This document shows, one piece after another, positions 9,375 through 18,260 of a DNA stretch of 32,000 nt. Both the position numbers and the translations under genes were made by a program. The stretch spans positions 2,250,001 to 2,282,000 of the forward strand of contig NC_017080.1 in NCBI RefSeq assembly GCF_000284115.1. The letters are read 5' to 3'. Under the pieces are notes generated by a model that saw only the letters and a program-made list of their open reading frames with translations, was not told the origin of the DNA and did no database searches. This stretch comes from Phycisphaera mikurensis NBRC 102666. Lineage in GTDB: Bacteria; Planctomycetota; Phycisphaerae; Phycisphaerales; Phycisphaeraceae. How positions within the stretch are numbered: position 1 is the first letter of the stretch; every line of letters begins with the position of its first letter.

Positions 9375-10561
9375 CGCGTGGCCGCCGCTTCCACCCCGAC
9401 CCGCTCCTGCAGCTCGCGGATGCTCGCGAGCATGGCCTCGTCGTCGATCTCGTGCACGTCCACCGGATCGCCCGGCTCGCGGATCAGCGTGATCGTGAGG
9501 CGGCCGCCGAGGTGCTGGCGGAACTCCTCCAGCCCGTCCATGAGCTCCTCGGTGCGGGCGAGCGCGGGGTGCGAGGCGAGCAGCCGGAGGTCGTCGAGGC
9601 AGCCGAGGATCCGCTCGCAGTCCCGGGGCGGGAGTCCGAGGACGCGGCGGCTGTAGAGGCAGTCGATCGCGAGGCCGATCGCCACGGCGTCGCCGTGGCT
9701 CAGCGAGAAGTCGGTCATCGCCTCGAGCTTGTGCGCCGACCAGTGGCCGAAGTCCAGCGGGCGCGCCTCCAGCGCCTCGAAGGGGTCGCCGCCCTCGGTG
9801 ATGTGGCGGAGGTGCCACAGGGCGCTCTCCTTGATGACCGGCAGGGCCGCCCGCATGTCGCGCTGGGCGATCCGCTTCGCGTCCCGGCACAGGCGCCCGA
9901 AGGCGTCGGCGTCCTTGAGGAGGAAGACCTTCACCGCCTCGGAGAAGCCGGCCCGGAAGGCCCCGTCGGGCAACGACTCCAGCAGCTTGGCATCATTGAT
10001 CACCGCCCACGGCACGGCGAAGGTGCCCTTCCAGTTCTTCTTGGAGAAGAGGTTCACCGCGTTCTTGACGCCGATGCCGCTGTCGTCCTGCGCGAGGGTG
10101 GTGGTGGGCATCCGCACGAGGCGGACGCCGCGGTGCGCCACGGCGGCGGCGTAGCCGACCGCGTCGAGCACCGCTCCGCCGCCGATGACCAGCACGTAGT
10201 TGCGGCGGTCGACGTCGAGCTTGTTGAGCCGCGAGAGCAGGTTCTCCACCACCGCGGGGTCGTTCTTGACGCCCTCGCCGCCGTCGACGCGGACGATGCC
10301 GCCGACCTGCTCGAGGCGGTCGGGGTGCCGGTCGAACAGGTCGGTCACGCGGTCCACCAGGTCGGGCTCGCCATCGGCCACGCCGCCGTCGATGACCGGC
10401 ATCACGCGGACGCGTCCTTCGGCGGGTTCGAAGACGCCCAGCAGGGCTTGTTCGTCGTCGCCCAGCGCGTCGGCGGTGAAGCGGAGCCGGTGACGGAACG
10501 GGACGGAGAAGTCCACGTCGAAGCGGGCGGACGCGTTGGCGGGGTCGAGATCCTGAGGCAT
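9371..10561 (-). CDS. 3-dehydroquinate synthase-superfamily / sugar-phosphate cyclase (EboD-like)
   Basis: [22 protein letters not shown]..., [93 protein letters not shown]...[11 protein letters not shown]. Confidence 0.9.
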
Positions 10562-10724
10562 TGCGGAGCGAGCGGGGGTTGTGCCGTACGGTCGACGGTA
10601 GCGCCCCCGGGAGCGGCCGGCCACCGCCCCGCGCTGGGTTTGCGGCTTGTCCTGGTGCGAAAGCCGGGCGGACCCCGCCCCGTGCCGCGGGGGCGGGGCT
10701 CGGGTCTCCGATAGCGTCGGGAGC

Positions 10725-11498
10725 GTGCGTGCCCGGACCCCCAGCAAGCCCCCGGACGCGGCGGTGCGAGCCGGACGCCTGCTGAGCCTGCTCGTCGCGC
10801 TCGCCGCCGGGGCGGCGGCGGGGTGCGGGGAAGCCGGCCCGCCGCCGCTGCGGGTGGGCGTGGCCAGCAGCCTCGGGGGCGTGGTGGACACGCTGATCGG
10901 GGGCGACGAGCGGGTGGAGGTGGTCGCCGCCTCGTCCGGGCGCCTGGCGGCGCAGACGCGGGCGGGCGCCGGCTTCGACGTGCTGGTCCTCGCCGGCACC
11001 GAGCGGATGGAGCGGCTCGCGGAGGAAGGCCGGGTCCTGCCGGCGACCGTGCGAGAGGTTGCGGACAACCGGCTCGTGCTGGCGGCCCGCCGGGCGGATC
11101 CGACGCGGCCCGGGGCGCACCGGGTCCTGGCGGTCGCCGAGCCTGCAACGGTCCCGCTGGGCCGCTACACGCGGCAGGCGATCGCCAGCGGGCGGCTCCG
11201 CACGCCGCTGCCGCCGGCCGTGGTCTACGGAGCCTCCGCCGCACAGGTCGCGGCCTTCCTGCGGGCGGGCGAGGTGGATCTGGCCTTCCTCTACGCCTCG
11301 GACGCCGGCCCCGGGAGCGGCTTGCTCGTGGTGGAGGAGGTCGCCGGGGACGCGCACGAGGCGATCGCGTACCCGGGAGCGGTGGTGGCGGGCGCGGCCG
11401 ATCCCGCACGCGCGGCGGCTCTGCTCGGGTCGTTGACGGACGGCCGCGGCCGCGCCGCCTTCCGCGCCGCGGGCTTCAGCGACCCGCCCGGCGGGTAG
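10725..11498 (+). CDS. modA: Molybdate-type ABC transporter substrate-binding protein (ModA-like)
   Basis: Lipoprotein-like signal (LLVALAAGAAAGC), VGVASSLGGVVDTL, FDVLVLAGTERMERLAEEGRV, ADNRLVLAARR, AYPGAVVAGAADPARAAALLGSL; next to modB. GTG start inferred. Confidence 0.75.
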   Translation: MRARTPSKPPDAAVRAGRLLSLLVALAAGAAAGCGEAGPPPLRVGVASSLGGVVDTLIGGDERVEVVAASSGRLAAQTRAGAGFDVLVLAGTERMERLAEEGRVLPATVREVADNRLVLAARRADPTRPGAHRVLAVAEPATVPLGRYTRQAIASGRLRTPLPPAVVYGASAAQVAAFLRAGEVDLAFLYASDAGPGSGLLVVEEVAGDAHEAIAYPGAVVAGAADPARAAALLGSLTDGRGRAAFRAAGFSDPPGG

Positions 11499-11508
11499 CG
11501 TCGGCGCC

Positions 11509-12147
11509 GTGCTGCTGCCCTCGCTGCGACTGTCGCTGGAGGTCGCCCTGCTGGCCACGCTGCTCGCGGCCGCGCTGGCGGTGCCGCTGGCTTGGGCGGC
11601 CCGCGCCGGGCGGCGGCGGCGGCGGGCCACGCGGATCGTCGAGGCCGCGGTCCTGCTCCCGCTGGTGCTCCCGCCGACCGTCGTCGGCTACGCCGGCGTG
11701 CGGATCCTCGGCCGCGACGGCCCGGCGGGCTGGCTCGGCGTGCCGCTGGTGTTTACGCTGCCGGCCGCCGTGCTCGCGGCCGCGCTCGTCGCGCTCCCGC
11801 TGGTCTACCTGCCGACGCGGGCGGCCTTCGACGCCCTCGAGCCGGACCTGCTCGACGCGGGCCGCCAGCTCGGGGCCGGCCGCTACGCCCTGCTCCGGCA
11901 CGTCGCCTTCCCGCTGGCCCGCGCCGGGCTCGCGGCGGGGCTGGTGCTCGGCTTCGCGCGGGCCCTGGGCGAGTTCGGGGCGACGGTCATGGTCTTCGGC
12001 TGGCAGCCCGGGCGGACGACGCTGCCCATCGCGATCTACGCCGCCTTCGAGCGCGGCGACCTGCGGGCCGCCGCGGCGCCCGCCGCCTGCCTCGCGCTGC
12101 TCGCGCTGGGCGCCGTGCTGCTGGAGCGGGCGCTGCGGCGGCGGTAG
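11509..12147 (+). CDS. modB: Molybdate ABC transporter permease ModB
   Basis: SLEVALLATLLAAALAVPLAWAARAG, LPLVLPPTVVGYAGVRILGRDGPAG, LARAGLAAGLVLGFARALGEFGATVMVFG permease signature. Confidence 0.88.
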   Translation: MLLPSLRLSLEVALLATLLAAALAVPLAWAARAGRRRRRATRIVEAAVLLPLVLPPTVVGYAGVRILGRDGPAGWLGVPLVFTLPAAVLAAALVALPLVYLPTRAAFDALEPDLLDAGRQLGAGRYALLRHVAFPLARAGLAAGLVLGFARALGEFGATVMVFGWQPGRTTLPIAIYAAFERGDLRAAAAPAACLALLALGAVLLERALRRR

Positions 12148-12167
12148 CGAAGCTCTACCCTCGCCCG

Positions 12168-13490
12168 ATGCCCGCGCTCTTCGGCGATGACGCTTCCGAG
12201 CCCGCCGGCGCGAGCCGATCGCCGGGCGTGGCGGCCGACGCGCCCTGGCCGGTGTCCCGCCTCGCCGCCGGGATCCAGGCGGCGCTGCAGGAGGGCTTGC
12301 CGCGGAAGCTCCGGGTGGTGGGGGAGATCTCGAACCTCTCGGCCCGGAACCACTGGTTCTTCAGCCTCAAGGACGGCGACGCCAGCATCCGGGCCGTCAT
12401 GTTCGCCTCGGCCGCCCGCCGGGTCGCCTTCGAGGCACGCGACGGTCTCTCGGTGATCGCCACCGGCCGCGTCGACTATTACGCCGCGCAGGGCAGCGTG
12501 CAGCTGTACGTCGACGCGCTGCAGGCGGTGGGCGAGGGCGAGCTGGAGGCGGCGTTCCGGCGGCTCGCGCTGGAGCTGCGCGAGGAGGGTCTCTTCGCCG
12601 CGGAGCGGAAGAAGCCGCTGCCCGCCTACCCGCGGTCGGTCGCGGTGGTCACCTCCCGCAGCGCGGCGGCGCTGCAGGACGTCCGCGACACGGCCCGGCG
12701 CCGCTGGCCCGGCTGCCGGCTCGTGCTGGTGGACGTGCGGGTGCAGGGGCCCTCGGCCGCGCCGCAGGTCGCGGCCGCGCTGGCCCGTCTCTCCGCAGAG
12801 GGAGCCGCACTCGGCATCGACGCCGTGCTGCTCACCCGCGGCGGCGGGAGCATCGAGGACCTCTGGGCCTTCAACGAGCCGGACGTCGTCCGGGCGGTCG
12901 CCGCCTGCTCGCTGCCCACGGTCGCCGCCATCGGCCACGAGACCGACACGACGCTCGCCGAGCTCGCCGCCGACGCGCGGTGCGCGACCCCAACCCAGGC
13001 GGCGATGACGCTGGTGCCCGACGAGCGCCGGCTCCGCGAGCAGGCCGTGCAGCTGGAGCGGCGCCTCACGCTCGCCGCCGGGCGTCGGGTGGAGGCCGCC
13101 CGCGCCCGGGTGGAGGCCGCGGCCCGGCACCGGCTCTTCACCGAGCCCGCCCGGCTCGTCGCCGACGCCCGCGACCGCGTCGCCGCCGCCGAGCGCCGGC
13201 TGCACGCCGCCGTGCCGCGGCGCCTCGCCGCCGCCCGCGACCGGCTCCTCGCCGCCGAGCGGACGCTCGCCGCCGTCGGGCCGCAGCGCGTGCTCGCCCG
13301 CGGCTACACCTACACCACCGACGGATCCGGCCGGCCGCTCAAGACCGCCGAGGCCGCCGCGGGCAGCGCCAAGCTCGTGACGCGCTTCGCCGACGGCGAG
13401 GTCCGCAGCGTGCCGGAGCGGCGGGCCCGGCCGCGGCCGCCGCGCAGGCGTGGGCCGGACCCGGACACCGGCGGCCTCTTCTGCTCCTAA
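12168..13490 (+). CDS. xseA: Exodeoxyribonuclease VII large subunit
   Basis: PWPVSRLAAGIQAALQEGLPRKLRVVGEISNL, SGHWFFSLKD-like NHWFFSLKDGDASIRAVMF, VAVVTSRSAAALQDV, LLTRGGGSIEDLWAFNEPDVVRAV, PTVAAIGHETDTTLAELAADARCATPTQAA. Confidence 0.96.
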   Translation: MPALFGDDASEPAGASRSPGVAADAPWPVSRLAAGIQAALQEGLPRKLRVVGEISNLSARNHWFFSLKDGDASIRAVMFASAARRVAFEARDGLSVIATGRVDYYAAQGSVQLYVDALQAVGEGELEAAFRRLALELREEGLFAAERKKPLPAYPRSVAVVTSRSAAALQDVRDTARRRWPGCRLVLVDVRVQGPSAAPQVAAALARLSAEGAALGIDAVLLTRGGGSIEDLWAFNEPDVVRAVAACSLPTVAAIGHETDTTLAELAADARCATPTQAAMTLVPDERRLREQAVQLERRLTLAAGRRVEAARARVEAAARHRLFTEPARLVADARDRVAAAERRLHAAVPRRLAAARDRLLAAERTLAAVGPQRVLARGYTYTTDGSGRPLKTAEAAAGSAKLVTRFADGEVRSVPERRARPRPPRRRGPDPDTGGLFCS

Positions 13491-13518
13491 AGCCCCGTAC
13501 CGGGTCCCGAGCGGCCCG

Positions 13519-14325
13519 TCACTGCGCGTTCAGGCTCCAGTCGTACTCCAGGAACGACACCGCCTTCACCGCGCCGGGCAGGTCCGCGTGCTCGTCGAGG
13601 TAGGCCGCGGGGTCGCCGAACTCGTCGTCGTACCAGTCCATCAGCTTCGTGACCGCGACCGCGCCGCCGCCGTTCCACACCAAGAAGCGCGGCTCCTCCA
13701 CCGTCAACGAAGCCGCCCGCTGCTCGTTCATCTGCCGCTGCACCGCCTCGGCCGTGTACGCCTCGCCACGCAGCGGCGGGCAGGACCACGCCCCGCAGTT
13801 GACCGCGAAGTGGTAGCGGGCGTCGCCCGCGAGCGGCTTGATGTGCTCCTTCTCCAGCTGGTTCAGCGAGATCGTGCGGCCATCGTGCTTCACCCGCGGC
13901 GTATCGAAAACGGCCCCGTCCTCGACGTCGAGGATGCTCGTCACGCCGCCGCGGGTGCCGGCGCCGTTCTCCACGAGCAACCGCAGCACGCTCGCGTTGT
14001 ACACGTTGATCAGGTGCGCCAGCCGGGCGTCGTCGGAGGCGTCCGAAGCGACGCCCGCCGCGTCGAGATCCAGCAGCGCGTGCGTCTTCGGGTTCGACGC
14101 GAGGCCGCGGTAGTCGACGAGCCCCTCGGCGTCGACGAAGTGCCCGAGCAACCAATCGAATCCGGCCGTGGGCGAGACCCGGGTCTCCCCCCGCGCATGC
14201 ACCGCGACCATCACCGCCAGCAGCAGCAGCCCGAAGATCGCCTTCCTCAGGTCGCCGGGCCGGCGGAGGCTGCGCGACGGGACGGAGGTGCGGGAGCGAT
14301 CTCGGGAGGCGAGGAAGAACTTCAT
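13519..14325 (-). CDS. DUF547 domain-containing secreted/membrane protein
   Basis: N-terminal hydrophobic segment; [55 protein letters not shown] typical of DUF547. Confidence 0.88.
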   Translation of the reverse strand: MKFFLASRDRSRTSVPSRSLRRPGDLRKAIFGLLLLAVMVAVHARGETRVSPTAGFDWLLGHFVDAEGLVDYRGLASNPKTHALLDLDAAGVASDASDDARLAHLINVYNASVLRLLVENGAGTRGGVTSILDVEDGAVFDTPRVKHDGRTISLNQLEKEHIKPLAGDARYHFAVNCGAWSCPPLRGEAYTAEAVQRQMNEQRAASLTVEEPRFLVWNGGGAVAVTKLMDWYDDEFGDPAAYLDEHADLPGAVKAVSFLEYDWSLNAQ

Positions 14326-14495
14326 GGCGAGCCGGTGCTGCGGACGCGGCGAGTGCCGCACAGAGAGAGCCGGGAGATTACCCAACCCGCCTGGTCCCGC
14401 GCGGCCCCGCGCGGCCCCGCCGCGGACCGCCGGCGGGATCCGCTCGCGGAGCCGGCGGTCCGCGGCTCCCCGCTGCCTCGGCTCTACCCTCGCCC

Positions 14496-16826
14496 ATGCC
14501 CACCGACTCCGAGACCGACGAGGAGGAAGCCATCGACGACTCCGGCTTCTTCAAAGGCCGCGACGGCGGCGGAGTCACCCCCTCCGCCGCCCACCGCGAC
14601 CGGCCCTTCCGGCTCGACAGCGCGTTCAAGCCCATGGGCGACCAGCCCACGGCGATCGCGTCGCTGGTCGAGCGGATCTCTTCGGGCGAGCGCTTCTCCA
14701 CGCTGCTGGGCGCCACCGGCACCGGCAAGACCTTCACGATGGCCCACACCATCGAGAAGCTCCAGCGCCCCACGCTGATCATCAGCCACAACAAGACCCT
14801 CGCCGCCCAGCTCTACGAGGAGATGAAGGAGCTGTTCCCCGACAACGCGGTCAGCTACTTCGTCAGCTACTACGACTACTACCAGCCCGAGGCGTACATC
14901 CCCCAGCGGGACATCTACATCGAGAAGGACTCGTCCCGCAACGACGACCTGGACCGCCTCCGCCTGGCGGCCACCTCGGCGCTGGTCTCCCGCCGCGACG
15001 TGATCGTCGTCGCCAGCGTCTCGTGCATCTTCGGCCTCGGCTCGCCGGACGAGTACAAGAAGCACGTCGTCGCGCTCAACGTCGGGCAGTCGATCAAGCG
15101 GCGCGACCTCCTGCGGTCCTTCGCCGACATGCAGTACAGCCGCAGCGAGTACGACCTCAAGCGGGCGAGCTTCCGCGTGCGCGGCGACGTGATCGAGATC
15201 GTCCCCGCCGGCGAGGAGTACGCCGTGCGGATCGAGATGTTCGGCGACGAGATCGAGAGCCTGAACCTCGTGAACCCGCTCACCGGCGAGCTGCTCGCCG
15301 ACGAGCGGGCGGTCTTCATCTACCCCGCGGTGAACTACGTGCTGCCCGAGGACGAGCAGAGCCGGGCGATCTCGGCGATCAAGGAGGAACTCGACGAACG
15401 CGTCGCCGAGCTGCGCAGCGAGGGCAAGCTGCTGGAGGCCCAGCGCCTGCTCGCCCGCACCAAGTACGACCTCGAGCAGCTCGAGGAGCTGGGCTTCTGC
15501 AACGGCATCGAGAACTACAGCCGCCACCTCGACGGCCGCCCCGCCGGCAGCATGCCGTACACGCTGCTGGACTACTTCCCCGACTCCACGCGCGGCATGT
15601 ACACCGGCGGCTTCGAGGAGCGTGGCCCCGACGGCGAAAAACCGGAAGGCCGCAACCCGAGCATGGCCGATCGCGTGCACGAGCGGCCCGACGGCACCGT
15701 GTGGACCGGCCCCGCCGGCGAGGCCTCCGCGGGCGACTGGCTGATGATCATCGACGAGAGCCACGTCACCCTGCCGCAGCTGCACGCGATGTACCACGGC
15801 GACCGGCACCGCAAGGAGACCCTCGTCGAGCACGGCTTCCGCCTGCCCTCGGCGATGGACAACCGGCCGCTGACCTACGACGAGATCGAGAAGAAGTGGC
15901 CGCAGGTCGTCTTCGTCTCCGCCACCCCCGGTGCGTACGAGCTGGAGAAGTCCGGCGGCGAGGTCGCCGAGCAGGTCATCCGCCCGACCGGCCTGCTGGA
16001 CCCGGTCATCGAGGTGCACCCCGCCGAGGGCCAGGTGCCCGACCTGCTCGAACGGGCCCGCAAGCGGGTCGCCGCCGGCGAGCGGATCCTGGTCACCACG
16101 CTCACGAAGCGGCTGGCGGAGGACCTCGCCAGCTACCTCGCGAAGAACGACATCAAGTGCCGCTACCTGCACAGCGACATCGAGACGCTCGACCGCGTCG
16201 TGCTGCTCCGCGAGCTGCGCGAGGGCGACTTCGACGTGCTCGTCGGCGTGAACCTGCTGCGCGAGGGGCTGGACCTCCCCGAGGTGTCTCTCGTGTGCAT
16301 CATGGACGCCGACAAGGAGGGCTTCCTCCGCTCGGGCCGCTCGCTCATCCAGCAGATCGGCCGGGCGGCCCGCAACCAGAACGCGTACGTGGTGATGTAC
16401 GCCGACGAGGTCACGCCGAGCATGGCCGAGGCGATGGAGGAGACCGAGCGGCGCCGCGAGAAGCAGCTGGCGTACAACGCCGAGCACGGCATCACGCCCA
16501 GAACGATCAAGAAGGCGATCCGCCGCGGCATCGAGAACGAGCTGCGCGCCCGCAAGACCGCCCGCGAGGCCGCCACCCCCGAGGGCAAGGAATACGACCG
16601 CGAGGAGCTGCTCGGCGAGCTCCAGAAGGCGATGATGGAGGCCGCCCAGAACCTCGACTTCGAGAAGGCCGCCGCCCTCCGCGACAAGATCAAGGAGGTG
16701 AAGGAGGCCCCGAACCTCGGCAAGATCACGCTGACCAGGGGCGAAGCCGCCGCCGTGAAGCCCGGCACGCCGGGGACGAAGGTGAAGAAGAAAAAGAAGA
16801 AGAACGCGAAGAAGCGGGAGGGCTGA
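14496..16826 (+). CDS. uvrB: Excinuclease ABC subunit UvrB
   Basis: [113 protein letters not shown]-terminal UVR-like helix. Confidence 0.99.
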   Translation: MPTDSETDEEEAIDDSGFFKGRDGGGVTPSAAHRDRPFRLDSAFKPMGDQPTAIASLVERISSGERFSTLLGATGTGKTFTMAHTIEKLQRPTLIISHNKTLAAQLYEEMKELFPDNAVSYFVSYYDYYQPEAYIPQRDIYIEKDSSRNDDLDRLRLAATSALVSRRDVIVVASVSCIFGLGSPDEYKKHVVALNVGQSIKRRDLLRSFADMQYSRSEYDLKRASFRVRGDVIEIVPAGEEYAVRIEMFGDEIESLNLVNPLTGELLADERAVFIYPAVNYVLPEDEQSRAISAIKEELDERVAELRSEGKLLEAQRLLARTKYDLEQLEELGFCNGIENYSRHLDGRPAGSMPYTLLDYFPDSTRGMYTGGFEERGPDGEKPEGRNPSMADRVHERPDGTVWTGPAGEASAGDWLMIIDESHVTLPQLHAMYHGDRHRKETLVEHGFRLPSAMDNRPLTYDEIEKKWPQVVFVSATPGAYELEKSGGEVAEQVIRPTGLLDPVIEVHPAEGQVPDLLERARKRVAAGERILVTTLTKRLAEDLASYLAKNDIKCRYLHSDIETLDRVVLLRELREGDFDVLVGVNLLREGLDLPEVSLVCIMDADKEGFLRSGRSLIQQIGRAARNQNAYVVMYADEVTPSMAEAMEETERRREKQLAYNAEHGITPRTIKKAIRRGIENELRARKTAREAATPEGKEYDREELLGELQKAMMEAAQNLDFEKAAALRDKIKEVKEAPNLGKITLTRGEAAAVKPGTPGTKVKKKKKKNAKKREG

Positions 16827-16840
16827 CGGGGTCGCCGCGG

Positions 16841-16861
16841 CTGCCCGCGGCCCGCGGGCAG
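16841..16861. terminator. Candidate bidirectional terminator between convergent uvrB and membrane-protein gene
   Basis: 8-bp perfect stem CTGCCCGC-ggccc-GCGGGCAG in the 65-bp convergent intergenic gap; no U tract. Confidence 0.4.
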
Positions 16862-16891
16862 GCCGGAGGCCGCTGCCCGTCCGTGAAGCAC

Positions 16892-18145
16892 TCAGGCCGG
16901 TCGGGCGCGGGTCGCCCACGCCGCCCAGCCGCAGACGATCCAAGCGGTCAGGCAGTCGCTCGCGTAGGCGAGCTTGAAGCCGTCGCGGGTGCAGGCGGCG
17001 AGGGTGACCAGCCAGGCGGCGGCGAAGAGGCCGGCGGTCCACGGCTTCATCCCGGTGCCGCGGCGGGCGGCCAGGGCGACGGCGATGAACAGCGGGAGCG
17101 CCCAGGCCATGTCGAAGCCGCTGCGCCACAGCGGCAGCACGGTGCGGCCGAGCGCCAGAGCGGTGGCGTCGGTGTAGAGATTCCAGTTCTGCAGGAGCGA
17201 GAGGGCGAAGCAAGCGGCGGCGACCCAGGACCAGCGGCCCGCCGCCGCGTCGTCCCCGCACGCGGCGCGGAGGCAGAGGGCGCCGGCGATGAGGTACATC
17301 GCCATCGGCAGGCTGGAGGCGAAGTCGCCGCGGGCGGCGAGCTGCAGCTCCTTGAAGGGGATGGAGAGCATCCACGCGGCAAGCGCCGGCGCAGCGCAGG
17401 CCGCGGCGAGCAGCGCCAGCAGCGCGACGCCCCGCGCGGGGAGGACCAGGGCGTGGCGTCCGGCGGGGTCGCCGGCCGGAGTCCCCGCGCGCGAGCGGCG
17501 ACGCAGCCGCACGGCCGCGAGGAGCAGGAGGAAGAAGCCGACCAGCTCGGTGCCCTCCTCGACGAGCATCCGCAGGGGCAGCAGCGCGGGCGGCCACGCG
17601 ACCGCGTGCTCGAGGTGCTCCTGCACGAAGACGGTGCCGAAGAGCGCGTAGGCGGCGAGGACCAGGGCCCAGGCGTTGCCGAGAGCGCGTCGCCGGAGGA
17701 ACAGCACGGCGACGGCCGCGAGCGCGGGCACGGCGAGGACGGCCGCGAACCGCTCGAGCGAGAGCCCCAGCGACGCCGGGACGAGGAGGTCGAAGCGCTC
17801 GTGCAGGGACCCGGCCTCGTCGACGCACAGGCTGAAGGCGACGCCGGCCGTCACCGCCGCGGCGGCGGCGGCGAGGGGCTCGGCCCTCCGCAGGGCGGCG
17901 GCGGCGGAGCCCATGAGCAGGCCGGCCCACAGCAGCGAGCAGGCCGAGAACCAGGCCGCGATGTTGGATTCGCGGCCGAGGTCGAGCGGGCCGAGCGCGA
18001 GGCCCAACGCCTCGGGCCAGGTGCGGACGAGGTACGTGAGCCCGGCGAGGGCCGCGGCGGCGATGGCCCAGCCGAGCAGCCACCGCCGGGCGGCGGCCTC
18101 GGCTCGGGTGCGGGGGGCGGGTGCGGGGGTGGGGGCGCTGCTCAT
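16892..18145 (-). CDS. Polytopic membrane protein, unknown function
   Basis: About 417 aa from ATG at 18145 with many hydrophobic segments; ends in TRDGFKLAYASDCLTAWIVCGWAAWATRARPA. Confidence 0.78.
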   Translation of the reverse strand: MSSAPTPAPAPRTRAEAAARRWLLGWAIAAAALAGLTYLVRTWPEALGLALGPLDLGRESNIAAWFSACSLLWAGLLMGSAAAALRRAEPLAAAAAAVTAGVAFSLCVDEAGSLHERFDLLVPASLGLSLERFAAVLAVPALAAVAVLFLRRRALGNAWALVLAAYALFGTVFVQEHLEHAVAWPPALLPLRMLVEEGTELVGFFLLLLAAVRLRRRSRAGTPAGDPAGRHALVLPARGVALLALLAAACAAPALAAWMLSIPFKELQLAARGDFASSLPMAMYLIAGALCLRAACGDDAAAGRWSWVAAACFALSLLQNWNLYTDATALALGRTVLPLWRSGFDMAWALPLFIAVALAARRGTGMKPWTAGLFAAAWLVTLAACTRDGFKLAYASDCLTAWIVCGWAAWATRARPA

Positions 18146-18260
18146 CGTCGCTGAGGATCGGGCGGCCTCGGCCCCCGCCTGCACACGGGCCGCCGCGCGG
18201 CGCACGAGATTGTCAACAACCGGGTTGCCGATCCCGCCCGGCGGCGTCATCCTCCCCGCC

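Noticed and set aside
4897-9890. Other long overlapping ORFs (4897..6324 -, 5001..6560 +, 6292..8712 +, 8520..9656 +)
   Set aside because: Same GC-driven artefact. No recognisable motifs, and they oppose or shift frame against coherent genes.
2988-10561. Calling the cluster bacillithiol, mycothiol or a complete ebo locus
   Set aside because: No BshC/MshC ligase, no MshD, and no visible EboB/EboC/EboE/EboF-type genes. Only partial enzymatic parallels exist.
10586-10595. Shared palindrome CCGTACGG near the cyclase start and again near 24863 upstream of the DUF1611 gene
   Set aside because: Eight-base match only. With this base composition about one occurrence is expected in 32 kb by chance, so no operator claim is supported.
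14168-18154. Very long plus-strand ORF (1328 aa) and antisense ORF 14484..18083 (1199 aa) over uvrB
   Set aside because: They overlap well-supported uvrB and membrane-protein genes in other frames. Their Arg/Pro/Ala or His/Val/Leu-rich composition is typical of stop-poor frames in high-GC DNA.
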